Positions 52,375 through 64,000 of a DNA stretch of 64,000 nucleotides are shown piece by piece (the stretch's first letter is position 1; each line of letters starts with the position of its first letter). Source of the stretch: Podarcis erhardii (lineage: Eukaryota). Position numbers and translations under genes: made by a program. Under the pieces are notes generated by a model that saw nothing but the letters and a program-made list of their open reading frames with translations, was not told where the DNA came from and made no database searches. The stretch is from assembly GCA_964252035.1 (NCBI GenBank), contig CAXUOO010000110.1. One strand, written 5' to 3'.

Positions 52375-55300
52375 TGGTATGTACTAGTACATCATTGCTG
52401 AAAAATGCTGTCTAAACCCTCAGGAGGTGGTTTATAACAATTCTCGTGTAAAATGATACAATTTCGTCAGCTTATTAAGAGCTATCTGTCTAAACGGCTT
52501 CTGCAGGAAAGGCATGGCCAAATAGTCTTTTGAAAAGTATCAAAGCACAATTCACTTCCAGCTACCAGCTTTATCTCCCAGGATAAAGCAGCCTCAGTAC
52601 CGGCGTAAGAAGTTTGCACGGTTTTTTATGCGCCATTTGGGTGATGTCAGACACAAATTGAGCAGCGATGGTCGCGCTCGTATGCATACAAGCCACATTC
52701 CAAAGCAGCTACAGAACTAATTTTACTGCAGTTTTCCTGTACTACACTACTGCTACGGTAGTAAAAAGGCGACACCTCCAGTTATGATGCTGTGCAGCGG
52801 TCTCTTCTATGTCAAAGTGTCACCACTTCTAACGTCTATGAAACTGGATTCACTTCTGCATCTTTTATCAAGAGCAGGAAGTTACAGCACAAAAATTTGA
52901 TTAGACAAGCTTTTTCTACTCCTAATGGCGTGGAAGAGCGTATTGAAGTGCGAGCTCCACCCTTTTGTCCATGCTTTCCAAATGAAATATACCATATCTG
53001 CTGTACCACACTTCGCAACACCTGACTCCCATTTCTGTAAGTAAAAGCTAGCTACTCGCACGTTGTTCACTCCTAGCTGCGGGGCAAATGCAGGCCAAGG
53101 GCGTTGATTAAACTGGCTGGCTTCTATACGAATTATTTTCAGATTGTTTCAGTTGTCCGATATGCACCGAATACCAATGCAGATTTGCATGGTGAGGACG
53201 GGAGAAGGCACGGAATATTCTCACCGAGTTCCTGCTGCTGCGCTGTTGACGCTGATTTTTGAATGAGAGTGAGTTGAATAGTCTCATTTCTCGAAAAAGT
53301 GCCAAGAACAATAGGTGTGTACATTCTTTATATCTGCGCATTAGAAAATGCAGCAGCCCCCCACGTCAGCTCAGTATGATATTTGCAGTGTGGTTGAAGA
53401 CTTAGCTTCATGTCAGTTCGCAAGTAGTACAACTTCACAAGATGAGAACTTGGTCGCTTGCAAAAAATCGAGCCAGATATGTAAAGCTTCAGCCAAAGCA
53501 ATCAGCTTGCTATATTTCTTGTGGTCGCTGTCAGATGGGTATACTTGCTAATCTTTAGCTCTACGGGAGAGCTAAAAAGTTTTTTAAAATGCTCGCCCGC
53601 CGAAGATAACGTATGCATCTTACACAGAAGTCTGAATTTTCAAACGTTCAACATGCTAAATTTCTTCAAAGTTCAAGAACGCAATCAGTGATGCATCTTC
53701 GCCAAGACACTCATTTCGCAGGCGTGCTCAAGCCGCGCTGCAGCCCAAATTTAGATCACCGTAACATTTTAGAGGAAATTATCTTTCTGCATAATATTTA
53801 ACATGGCGTTAGCTAGCTAATTATTGAAAAAGGACCCTTATACACTGTGGGTCACGGATACCCCGTGTAGCGTCTGCGGTTGAATCCTCACATTACGGCA
53901 GTAGTTTTTTGAAACATATAGTATCTTTAAATGAACTATGATTGTGCTTGAGAGGAAGCTGTATATCGTGTAATTTCTAATCACTTGATTCAACCACTAG
54001 GATGTGGACGTTACATACATCAAGTATGTTATAGGGTACGAAGTAAAACTAAATGTTAAATTTTTTCTTAACTCGTAATCGGCTCGAAAATTGCCAACAG
54101 CAGCTCACGCGTAAGCAAAAATATCCATACACAGTCTAAACTGACATGATTCAGTTATATTGGTTCATTTCCCGGAAAAGATAAACTCGTACGTGGCCTC
54201 TTTCCAGTGTCCGAAGATATGACGTGTTTTTCTTTTTGCACACCACATCGTGTGCCCTTGCGTTCATATGGGGACGCGTGCCTCTTTCGAACCCGAATCA
54301 GCTAATTTGAAAAAAGTGAAAGTAACCTTTTTCCATCGAAGCTTGGGCGAATCATTCCCCGCAGCAGTCGCTGATTTTATGCGATTAGCAGTTAAGACAA
54401 TTTCTTCCCAAGTAGCTTTTGGCATGTGTGTTCGATCTTAAGTGAAAAAGCAGATATTTGTTTTTCACTTTATGTTGACGCAACATTGTAAATCTATGTG
54501 TGCACGAGTCATTAAAATAGCTATTCCCACCGCCTCGTCATGTCTCCCGCCACTCGGTTGCACGCTGCATGTACACCAGGAGGTTGCCAGTGCGATTTGC
54601 TGTGAGAATCACCAAGAGTTGGGTAAATAGCCTCGCTTTACCTATATGATGAGGGATTCCGGAGACCTGTACGAAATGTAAAAAAAAATTTGAGAGGCAC
54701 GAAATACTTGTAGTTATGTACTAATGACCCGTGTTCATCTCTCCCACTGTTGCTCTTCATTGCGTTACCTTAATATCGAAGCATGTGACAAAGCGCAGCG
54801 GCCGCCAGAGCCACGGCAGAGGGAACAGAGCTGCTGCAGCAACAACTGTCACTTCACGAACTTCCTGTTGCGGCTGTGTTTTCCAGTGTCGCAGCACACA
54901 GAGACGGGTCCGCTCTTGCTGTTTACATTAGGAGAAGATTTATTGCTGTAATTCATTACTCGGTAGTTGAGGTTCTTCAGCAAGGTGTATGCCTGTCCCA
55001 TTCTTCGAAAATCTCGAAGAGCGTAGATTGACGGCTCGGACAATACCAATGGCGCAAAGCTAACTGGTGACTGCCACGCTTAATAAAAAGCTCGAAAAAC
55101 TCTTCGCCGACGTCGTAAACACACTTAGTTTTTATGGAAAAATTTTACTTTGATACTTGCTTAGCTGTGTTTTTGTCGAGGCCAATTGACCATCGTGGTT
55201 TTTGAACGGCTTGGTCCGGTGCTGTGGTCGCCGCTTGAGGACTTGTATTTTTCGCGGAAAGAAGGAGCCGCTTGTTGCATACTTTCTGATCGTACACTGA

Positions 55301-55454
55301 GCACTCCCTGCAAGTTTATGAGCTTGAACAGCAACCACTAAAGGACGGCGCGTCGACTCGTTCAAACTGCTAGCTCCCATGCATAGTGCTCCATATCCGC
55401 CTGATTGTCTACTCTCCTTCCCGCAAGCAACTCTATCACAACGATCGTCTGCAA

Positions 55455-57182
55455 TTACAATTTACACCCTTCTAAAAGGTCTGCAGATGTCGTCAAAGGC
55501 GAAGGGAATAAATCCTTTATTGTAATAATACGCTGCCGCTCGCACTGACTTACGAATGAGGAGTAAGATCTGGGAATTGACGGAAAAGGACAGACACGAC
55601 AGTCGCATCTTGATGGTACATAATCAAATTGCATAATCGCTTGGAAAAAACGAAGCTGTGGTGGAAAATATATGGCGATTCTGCACCTACGTAATACAAG
55701 GAGTGCCTTCGCTGTAGACAAGACTCCGTCCATATTTCGCTTCGTTTCCCGGATGCGCACGCGATACACCAAAAGCGCAGACAAGTACTTTTCCCCGGGA
55801 GTACTCTGGGAAGTTTGGATTTTTAGCGCCCACGGGGGCGTTACGATGTACGGTTGAACTACGCGCGTTCCAGTTACATCCGTATGGAGCACATGTGGGT
55901 AATTCCTATAGAATTGATGCTACCTCGACAAGTGAGACACAAATCTGGCATTCTCTTTTGATTCATTAGTGACGGAACGAGCGACACAAAAAAGCAACCG
56001 CAAATTTGTCACAACTGAATCGGATGTTCGAATTCTGCAAACGGACGCGTCTGATCTTTTCTGTACTTCCGAACCTCCACGTGGCATCATAAGCTGTAAC
56101 GTTGATACTGGCAGTTCGTATCATACGCATCGACAAAGTACCCCTTGTGTCGCTGCCACAGCGTTTTGGCGGAAGGCGAGGCTCTTGAAACCGAATCGCA
56201 CACTCTCGTCTTCCCGATACTAACCCCCCGATTACTTCTGCGCCTCTCGTTCGTGCTGCGCTGCTTTCCGGACGGAAACGCTCTTTTTCAAAATCAAGTC
56301 ACCTCTCTTATAGTCGACGAAGCAACGGAATGTGAGTTTGTGAAGGATATACGTGCATATATCATGTGGCGATATAAAAATATATATCCGAGGACGCGAA
56401 ACCACAAGGCAGCAGAACAAGCTTTTGCTTCCATCAATCTCCTGCCTCTGACTACTGCTGGTAAACATAGTCACAGGCAATGCTTTGTTTACGAAGCAAA
56501 TCTTGATGCTGGAAGTCCTTGGGCAGAGGGAATGCTTGGTGTGAGGTAGTGGTAATTCGCATCCCGCAGGACTATCATTTCGTGGCGCACCACATTAACG
56601 GGTTACTACCCTCTCTGCTGTAGCAAACAGTAGGTGACCTGCTATTCTCGCTGCTCGTCGAGAAGGTTGATGCAGCGCTTGCCAATTGACTACGCAACAG
56701 AATCTTTTCGCAGTTCAGCGACGCTTGATGTAATGAGTGAAAATTGCCAGCCACTTCTGCACTCCGTTTAACAAGAAATGCACTTTGTTGCTGATATTGC
56801 AGCCACCGATGTAGGCAGCTTTCTCTTTTCTTTGGTACATTCTGCATTGCACAAGCATATACTAATCAGCTGCGGGATATCCTTCAACTGGAATAGATAG
56901 CAAGGAAGGATGGGAAGCCTGTGGGGAGTTTGAGAGAAAAGACGTAGAAGGAATCTACCTACGCCTGGAGAAAGCGCTGTCTGAGCGTGTAATATAACGT
57001 TTAAATATACGGAAGCGATTTCGTTTGGAGTACTATACTGTGGCTTTAGAACGGCACCAGCGTAAATAGCAAACACAATACAATACTTTGTATCTGTAGT
57101 CTACCCTTGCTTTGAACGGAATTCTATCCACGATGCGAATATGTGGGGGTGCAACGTAGGAAAAGACACGAAAAGATATCAT
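55455..57182 (-). CDS. Candidate multi-exon hypothetical gene with short introns
   Basis: Three consecutive exons joined by phase-0 canonical introns: 57182-57105 (MISFRVFSYVAPPHIRIVDRIPFKAR), 57037-56963 (YSTPNEIASVYLNVILHAQTALSPG) and 56841-56639. Introns are 67 and 121 nt. A likely further exon near 55.7-55.8 kb reads EKYLSALLVYRVRIRETKRNMDGVLSTAKALLVL. The 3' end is unresolved. Confidence 0.4.
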
Positions 57183-59396
57183 GGCGGTCAGACATGTACA
57201 TCTCTCTCGATGGGTGTACGTATGTACGTGAGTAAGTATATTCATGTATATATACATGAAGTCTATTTGTTATGTGCGCAACGAAAGCACAGGCTGACGA
57301 GAAGGCGAATGCCTATATATGCTGTTTGCAGTCTGCTGTCGCAAAGAGTGTGAAGCACGAAAAGCGAGATATTTTCTGTTTTTATCAGTCACGGTGTTGA
57401 AATGAAAGCCTTATCGTTTGTACTAAATTTTTATATTTTGGGTTCCAGGTTTGTCTGCTCAAAGCGAATAATATAAGAACAAATAGTTTTTTAACACGTA
57501 CTTAAAGCAGTCTGATAACGGCATGTGCGAGTCGCCTTGCTTGCAAATGCGTGTTTTCTGCTCGTTTTTCCTAGCTTCTTACATCGAGCCCTACGTGTCC
57601 TGAATGAAGTAATAATATTTGCTGAACCAGTTTTTATTTGTAATGGCTCCAAGCGCGTATCTAGTTAAGTATATTCACTCATCGTCAAAGTTCAAGAGGT
57701 TTTCAGAGCGAGATGAGGGTCGTGGAGACAGCAAAAGATCAGCAGAGATAGTCAAGTTGCTGCCGGTTCATAACCGTCTCTTGGTGAGGCAGGATTACGG
57801 TAATTCACCGGGCTGGTTTCACTATCAGGTACTCACTAGTTTTCTTGGGGGAGGAACTGTTTCTAGGTTGTATTTTGGAAATCTTACCTTGAGACATAGA
57901 CGCGCCAACCAGCTGCAGAATGTCCGGAGCACATATGATTGTATGAACGTTTTGTACGTGCTATCGACGTGATATGTACGAGGTAGAATAAATGTGCATG
58001 TCATTGAGATATTGCACATTTGTGCGCGAATGTCGCGTACATGTAAACCTTATTATATACATATATATATATATATATATGTGAATGTTTTCGTTGTAGG
58101 CACCTATATGTTTCAAGGAAGGTAGAAAGCGTGGAGGTGCACTATAGAGATGAATGAATAAATTCACGAAAACTTCATACCGTATAGGTGGAGCAAGAAG
58201 ATATCTGCTTGTTATACACGCTCTCTCGAGTCTGCTGCATATATATTTTTTTGCTTAATTATATGGTTGTATGAGTGCTTTCTGTCTGCCACCAAGTTTC
58301 CATTTTGAGTTCTTTTCAGTTGCCGGCAGCGCAATATCATGTCAAATAACGAATGATTTCTTCAAAGCAGCAGTCAAAGCCTGACGCTGCGGTATGTTAC
58401 TGTCTATATGGAAATGTTATGTTTATGTAAAGAAGGCGTGCTGGCCACGTAGTGGGGAGATGGTCTCATATTCAATGACTCTTCTTAGTTCACTTCTGGC
58501 GCGTCATGAGTACTTACTGACAAATTTGTTTTCATCTGCACTTAGTAGAAGACGACCGGAGTAGCTGGTAGAGAGTGGGGATTCTTCTGAAAAGGTTCCG
58601 CATGATTCTAGTACTTGTGTATCCCCCTTGCCTGACCTTGATAGACAAAGGTATATGCTTTCCTTATTTGAACAGGGAAGGCACATATCTGAGTTCTACG
58701 AATTCAAAGACGTCTACTATACAAGTACTTTTTGTAAGTTGACAACATGCTAGCTGTGTACCATGCGTGCTATACAGTAGTTTCCGCTGTTGTGTGGCAG
58801 CCTTACGAAAAGCACTAACAAAGGAGCTGGTGCAGGTTAAACAGCAGCGACAGCACTAGCAGTAGTAACTTAGCAGTAGAAGGCGCTTGAGTTGCGACTA
58901 CTGAAAAAATCAAGTCAACTTACGTGCGTGGACTGTTCTAGGAAGATGATGTATCCAAGCAAACCGTCGTGACAATGCAGATAAGAAAAATACAGCGGCG
59001 TATTCATAATGAACTGCGGAACTTCTGCTGCTGCTGCTAGTGCTGCTGTACATTCTGCTTCTCATGTTATTTGGCTACATTCCTTCGGTTCAGTAACAAC
59101 AGCAGCTACAGCAGCTGGATCTGATGTGCTTTTGCACATATGCAGTTGACAGCAGCATGCATCATTGCGTGTTCTACAGTTATGAACATTTCTCACGGTA
59201 CCTTTTCTCTGTGATGTGTATGCCGTTGATTCTCCAGCTGTACAATTTTGCTGCAACCAAGATTGCCTACTTACTGCTTCAGCTTCTAAAAAATGTCGGC
59301 TCTTCCGTGGCGCAAGTCAAAAGCGTAAGTCGCTCTTAGTCGCGCGCTACAGTCGAACGCGAAATTAACAAGGTTCATACAGCGTCCCACACATAC

Positions 59397-59432
<36 letters not shown>

Positions 59433-59616
59433 GAGTATTCATATAAGCAAATTTGTATGATATATAAGATTCTGTGTACGGAAACGCCTGTACATGAGTA
59501 TATATGTATATATATATATATATCTCATATATATATTATATAAAATCATATGCTAACATGAACGTAAGCATGCTTCTATATGTCCCTCTATATATCTGTA
59601 TTCGAAGTAATTTACA

Positions 59617-59653
<37 letters not shown>

Positions 59654-61184
59654 TGATTATCCTAGTCAAGTGGATGTTGTCGAGTTGCCAACAACTCTGT
59701 GTATGTAGGCAGTCATCGATGTTCATTGTGTGTCTCGTTTGCTTCTTCGAACTGGTGATTGTCTAAAAATATATACGTTTTTGCGAGATGTTCGAATAAT
59801 ATTCGAATATTCCGATCTACCAGCATAATAACACTGTGCGTACGTGATTTTACAGTCTGTTATAGTAGTGAGCACTATAGTGAAGGTCTAGCAAATGCGT
59901 TAATAAAGCGTAGCGTTACGTTGCAGCATCTCGAGCGAATTCACTGCACAGCCGTATACGTCTACGTAGACGAAGAAACGCCTTTAAACTAATATCGATT
60001 GTTGTTAAAGAGAGCGAGCCGATTGTTCAGCTTACATCATGAAACTCCATTACATCTGCGGTGCAGCAACAAGACATGCTGACGCTGTGGTTATCTTCGA
60101 GCTTTCTTGCTTGTCTACTATGCTAGTCCCCGTATCAGCTTCAAGTTTTGAGCGAGATTGACGTATGTAGAGATTAAGGACGGCATTTCAAAACATACGA
60201 ACAGCTTGAAGAAGTTAGTGTGTCTGTGTGTGTACTTGGGTGCTTCAGCGTCTCCGGCGTGTTTGAAAAAGATGCAAACTTATGAACTCGTCTCAATTAC
60301 TTTCCTCCTCATTTTTGTATTCTTTCCTTTTCTGCTCCATTTGATGTCTGTGTGTCTCTCTCTGGTGTACAACTGTGTATATCTGTGTCTGTTTTTAGAG
60401 TCGATTGGTTTTCTCTTCACTAGTGTAAGGAAATTCTGTCCCTTCTCTTGTTCAGCGGTAATTTTTGCTTGGACAAAAGTGCATGTCAACTAGACTAAGA
60501 CCGACGATACAAGATGTTCAGTACAACTACTTACCCACGTGTACATACGACTCTGTATGGGTGTGCATCTAACATCTAAATTACGCGTTTATCTCCAGCC
60601 ACCGACTCTTTTTTTAGATTTCTAGACAGAAACAGCCCCATATAGCGATTTTTGTCAAAATCGTTGCCCGCCCTTTTTAATGAAAGTCTGCAAACTCTGT
60701 GGCATTCTGCTGGGGTCCTGCAATGTGAATTACCGCATTGCAAGTGTCTACCGCATTTCAACTGTCTGAATGTGTGCATGTTTAGCTTGCAGTTGTCTAC
60801 ACACATACATGCTTCTACATCTGTACGTGTAGACTGATGAGTGCAGTGTAGGGTGCCGGTGAATTTAGTGAGGACTTTTGATTGAAGATCACAGATGTTG
60901 TCAGAACTGGAATATAGCCACGTGTCTACAGTGAATACACGTCTGGGCAAAGATTGACATGCAGGATTTCCTGTGAGGGTTTAATGCAAGGGCCGTACAC
61001 AGTAAGGATTTCTGTGGTTTTGCTAGAAAAGTTGCTACTGTAGACTATGGGGTGCTGCAAGCTCTTCAAACTTTGTGGTTCTAATGGTCGATTTCGAACA
61101 CTAACAGGGTGTATGTGTCAGTACCTGTATAGTCGCGCATAGTGAATTTACAAACTCCCCCTGTCTGTAGTACACTACATATCA

Positions 61185-61441
61185 TTACTAATTCTGCTAC
61201 TAGTCCTACTACTCTTGCTACTACTACTACCCCTACCACTACTCTTATCACTCCTACTACTACTACTTCTACCACTACCACTGCTACTCCAACTACTCCT
61301 ACTACTACTTGTAGTATTTTTACGAGTAGTACTGAAAATAATCCGACTCTTGCTACTCTCACTACTACTACTACTACCACTACAACAACAACTACTACTA
61401 CAAGTAGTACTGCAACTACCACGACCACTACTACAAAAATT

Positions 61442-61476
<35 letters not shown>

Positions 61477-61500
61477 GTGACTACAAGTAGTATTACTACT
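61185..61500. repeat. Degenerate (ACT/TAC)n trinucleotide tract
   Basis: About 300 bp of actactact variants, read as poly-Thr, poly-Leu or poly-Tyr depending on frame. Confidence 0.9.
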
Positions 61501-62369
61501 TCTTCCTGCTTTCACAGTAGTGCTCCCTCACCACACGTGGAATTAGTGGTTTTGTGCGTCATTGCAGAGTTTTGTGCGCATGTAATTGACTACTACTATT
61601 ACTACTGCACAGGGACTTAGTGGTTGAGAGCTTCAGAGGAGGAGGGCGGCAGCACCAACAAGAGCCACAGAAGGAAGAGAACAAAGAGGCAGAAGTTTGG
61701 GGCCCACAAAGGGCGGCTTTTGAGAGTGCAGAATCAGCCCCTTTTTTTTCGGTAGACAGAAGCAGGGCGTTTGAGCCGCCTTGGAAGAAACAACAGCAAC
61801 AGCAGCAGTTGTTGGTGAGTGCAGTTTCTTCAGTGGAAAGAACAGAGAAGAGCAGAGCGCCGCTGTTGTTGGAGCCCACTTCACCCCCACCTCATTATTA
61901 TCAGCAGCAGCAGCAGCAAGGCGAGGAAGCAGAAGCAGCAGCAGGGCAGAGAGTCGACAACAACTCGTTCTTTTCTCCTTCTTCCTCCTCTTCGTTTCGC
62001 TGCATGCAGCAAGAGCAGGAGTCTGCGGGGCTCACTGTTTGGCAACAGCAGCAGCAGCGAGTTTCTTCGAGCAAGAAAATAAAGACCCCCAAAAACCAGC
62101 GCTGTCTGCAGTTGGTGGGCGCAACAACACTGCTGTGGTGATGGTGGTGCCTCCATGGCACCAACAACAACCACCACCACCACCACAACAGCAACAACAA
62201 GTTTCTTCGTTTCCTTCTTCTTCTTCTTTTTGCAGCAGCAGCGACTGGCTCTCGTCGCGACAGCCACAGCAAGAGCAGTTTCCCCACCAATCTGCTCTTC
62301 TTCTTCTCGCTTCAAACGCAGCGACACCCACAACAAGAGCAACCACTGTTCGAGCGCGAAAGCGCTAAA

Positions 62370-63271
62370 ATGGGAGCTCGTTGTTTCCCTACTCAGCAGC
62401 AGCAGCATAGTGGGAATTCTGGTGACGCTCTTTTTTCAGCTGCTGACGAACCCAACAGAGAAAGCAGGGCTAGTAGAGCGCGTTTTCAGTCGACTGAGCA
62501 GCAGCCCCCACCACAACGGCGCCCCAAAGTTTCCGCACTCAAAAACAAGCGACGCCACCCACAAAGACAAAAAGGAGGAGGCGAACTCGCTGCGGCTCCT
62601 TGGCACATGCAGCAGCTGCAACAAAGAAACTCGAAAACTTCCCCTGCTTTGCGTCAACACCACCACTCACCCCAACAGCCACTAATTGTGGTGGAGGAAA
62701 ATGCTCCTGCAAATTTCGCTGCGACCAACCACTCACTTGCTGCAGAATCAGTCGCTGCTGCTCGCAACAGTCCCTACTGCGGCTCTTCGCTGCTCAGCAG
62801 CAATAACACGAACAACAACACGAATACGAAGAACAATAGTAGCAACAAGAATTTTGATAATAATAATAACGACACTCACTTGTACAGTCACCGGAGCACT
62901 TGCACTCCTGCGCCTCACCACGACGAAACACTCAGCAATAGCAGCAGCCAACACCACCACCACACACCCACTAATAGTAGTTGTAGTGGTGGTGGAGCGA
63001 ATTCTTCCACTTACAGTAGCAATAGCAGCCACCACCAGCACCACACACCCACTAGTAGTAGTAGTTGTGGTGGTGGTGGTGGAGGAGCGCACTCGTTTTT
63101 TGTTGCATGCAGCAGCAGTGGGACTGAACGAGAGTTGGTGGGGCGAGGAAGACGACGCTTGGAGGAAGAAGCAGAAGAAGAGGAAGAAGAAGGAGAAGAG
63201 CGCGCTGAATTCAACGGTGGAAATTTGAGCGGCAGTTTTTCCTCGTCTTTTTTCCCAGAAAAGGGGGGGGG
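62370..63271 (+). CDS. Low-complexity (Q/N/H/S/G/E-rich) exon of a gene probably continuing beyond the window
   Basis: 301-aa ORF with typical eimeriid homopolymeric amino-acid runs. It ends at a G10 run followed by a candidate donor GTGAGA at 63272. No domain recognised. Confidence 0.4.
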
Positions 63272-64000
63272 GTGAGAAGTGTCAGCGACCGACGCAGTCG
63301 CACTCAAAGCAGCGAGTTTCGCACTGAAAGCAACCAAAACAACCACCACCCACAACTCCCACTACTATCACAGCAAGCAGATCGCAGTAGACACAGTAAT
63401 CAACACCACCACCACCACCCACAACTCCCACTACTATCTCAGCAAGCAGATCGCAGTAGACACAGTGATTTCCACCACCACCAGCAGCAGCAGAATCAGG
63501 CGAACAGAAGAAGCAGTGTGGAGTGTGAGAGACGCAACAACGAAAGCGACAGGAACTGCAGTGGAACGCCCTTTTTCTCGCGGAGAAATCGAGGCCGCTC
63601 TCCACCCTCCTCTTTTCTGTTGCATGCAGGAGAGGAGGAGCAGAAGAAGCAGCAGAAGAAGGAGGGCAAGGAGCAACAACAACAGCAACAACAACAACAA
63701 CAGCAGCAGCAGCAGCAGAGAAGGACTGAACAAGTGGCGACTTCGTTTTCTTTAGGAGGAGGAGTGGGCGAGGCAGCAGCAGCTGCAGGCTCAGCGTTTT
63801 TCAGCGAGAAACTGCTCGACTTTTCGCAGTCTGCAGGGGCGGCAAACAGAGAAAGGCAGTCGTTGTTTCCACTAGTGAGCAGCAGCAGCAGCAGCAGCGA
63901 GAGCCAAGCGCCTTTTCGCTCAGAATTGCGTCTTCGACGGCAACGCGCTACTACTAACAAAAGCAGAAGCAGCAGTGGAGTGGAAGCAGAAGCGAGAGAC

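Noticed and set aside
56145-56549. LIVDEATEC resembling a helicase Walker B motif
   Set aside because: No Walker A or other helicase motifs nearby, and a competing minus-strand gene model covers this region
45476-57230. Possible decayed LTR retrotransposon explaining the repeat-poor block
   Set aside because: No RT (YxDD), integrase, RNase H or gag motif in the ORF track and no LTR pair seen; a profile search would be needed to exclude it fully
61559-63960. Many overlapping ORFs on both strands
   Set aside because: They are shadow frames of AGC/ACC/AAC triplet tracts; only 62370-63271 was kept

Overview
Eukaryotic, intron-rich DNA, not prokaryotic. AGC/CAG triplet tracts in coding regions, TGCATGCA octamers and the gene content point to an eimeriid coccidian (Eimeria/Cyclospora-like apicomplexan; inference, species not determined). 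It is a draft assembly with three N-gaps. Well-supported genes: (1) a plus-strand glutamate 5-kinase (AAK plus PUA domains, about 1.7-7.4 kb, 5' exons unresolved) carrying two very large low-complexity insertions and a one-base frameshift in an A7 run; (2) a 7-exon minus-strand WBP2/PAWP-like protein (GRAM/PH-like domain plus Pro-Tyr-Gly repeat tail, 16925 to 10542, 379 aa, all splice phases consistent); (3) a single-exon membrane protein with a signal peptide, three EGF-like modules and one TM helix (41191-41994). Less certain, hand-spliced orphan genes lie at about 17.5-21.6 kb (+, containing a tandemly duplicated 54-nt candidate exon), 24.3-35.1 kb (+), 35.2-35.5 kb (-), 48.8-50.3 kb (-), 51.3-52.4 kb (+), 55.5-57.2 kb (-) and 62.4 kb onward (+). 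The window is segmented: a (TA)n-rich zone with long introns (0-45 kb), then a repeat-poor zone with candidate introns of about 50-120 nt (45.5-57.2 kb). I found no rRNA, tRNA, CRISPR array or recognisable transposon ORF, and no multi-gene novel system that I can support. Exon models were made by eye and need RNA-seq.
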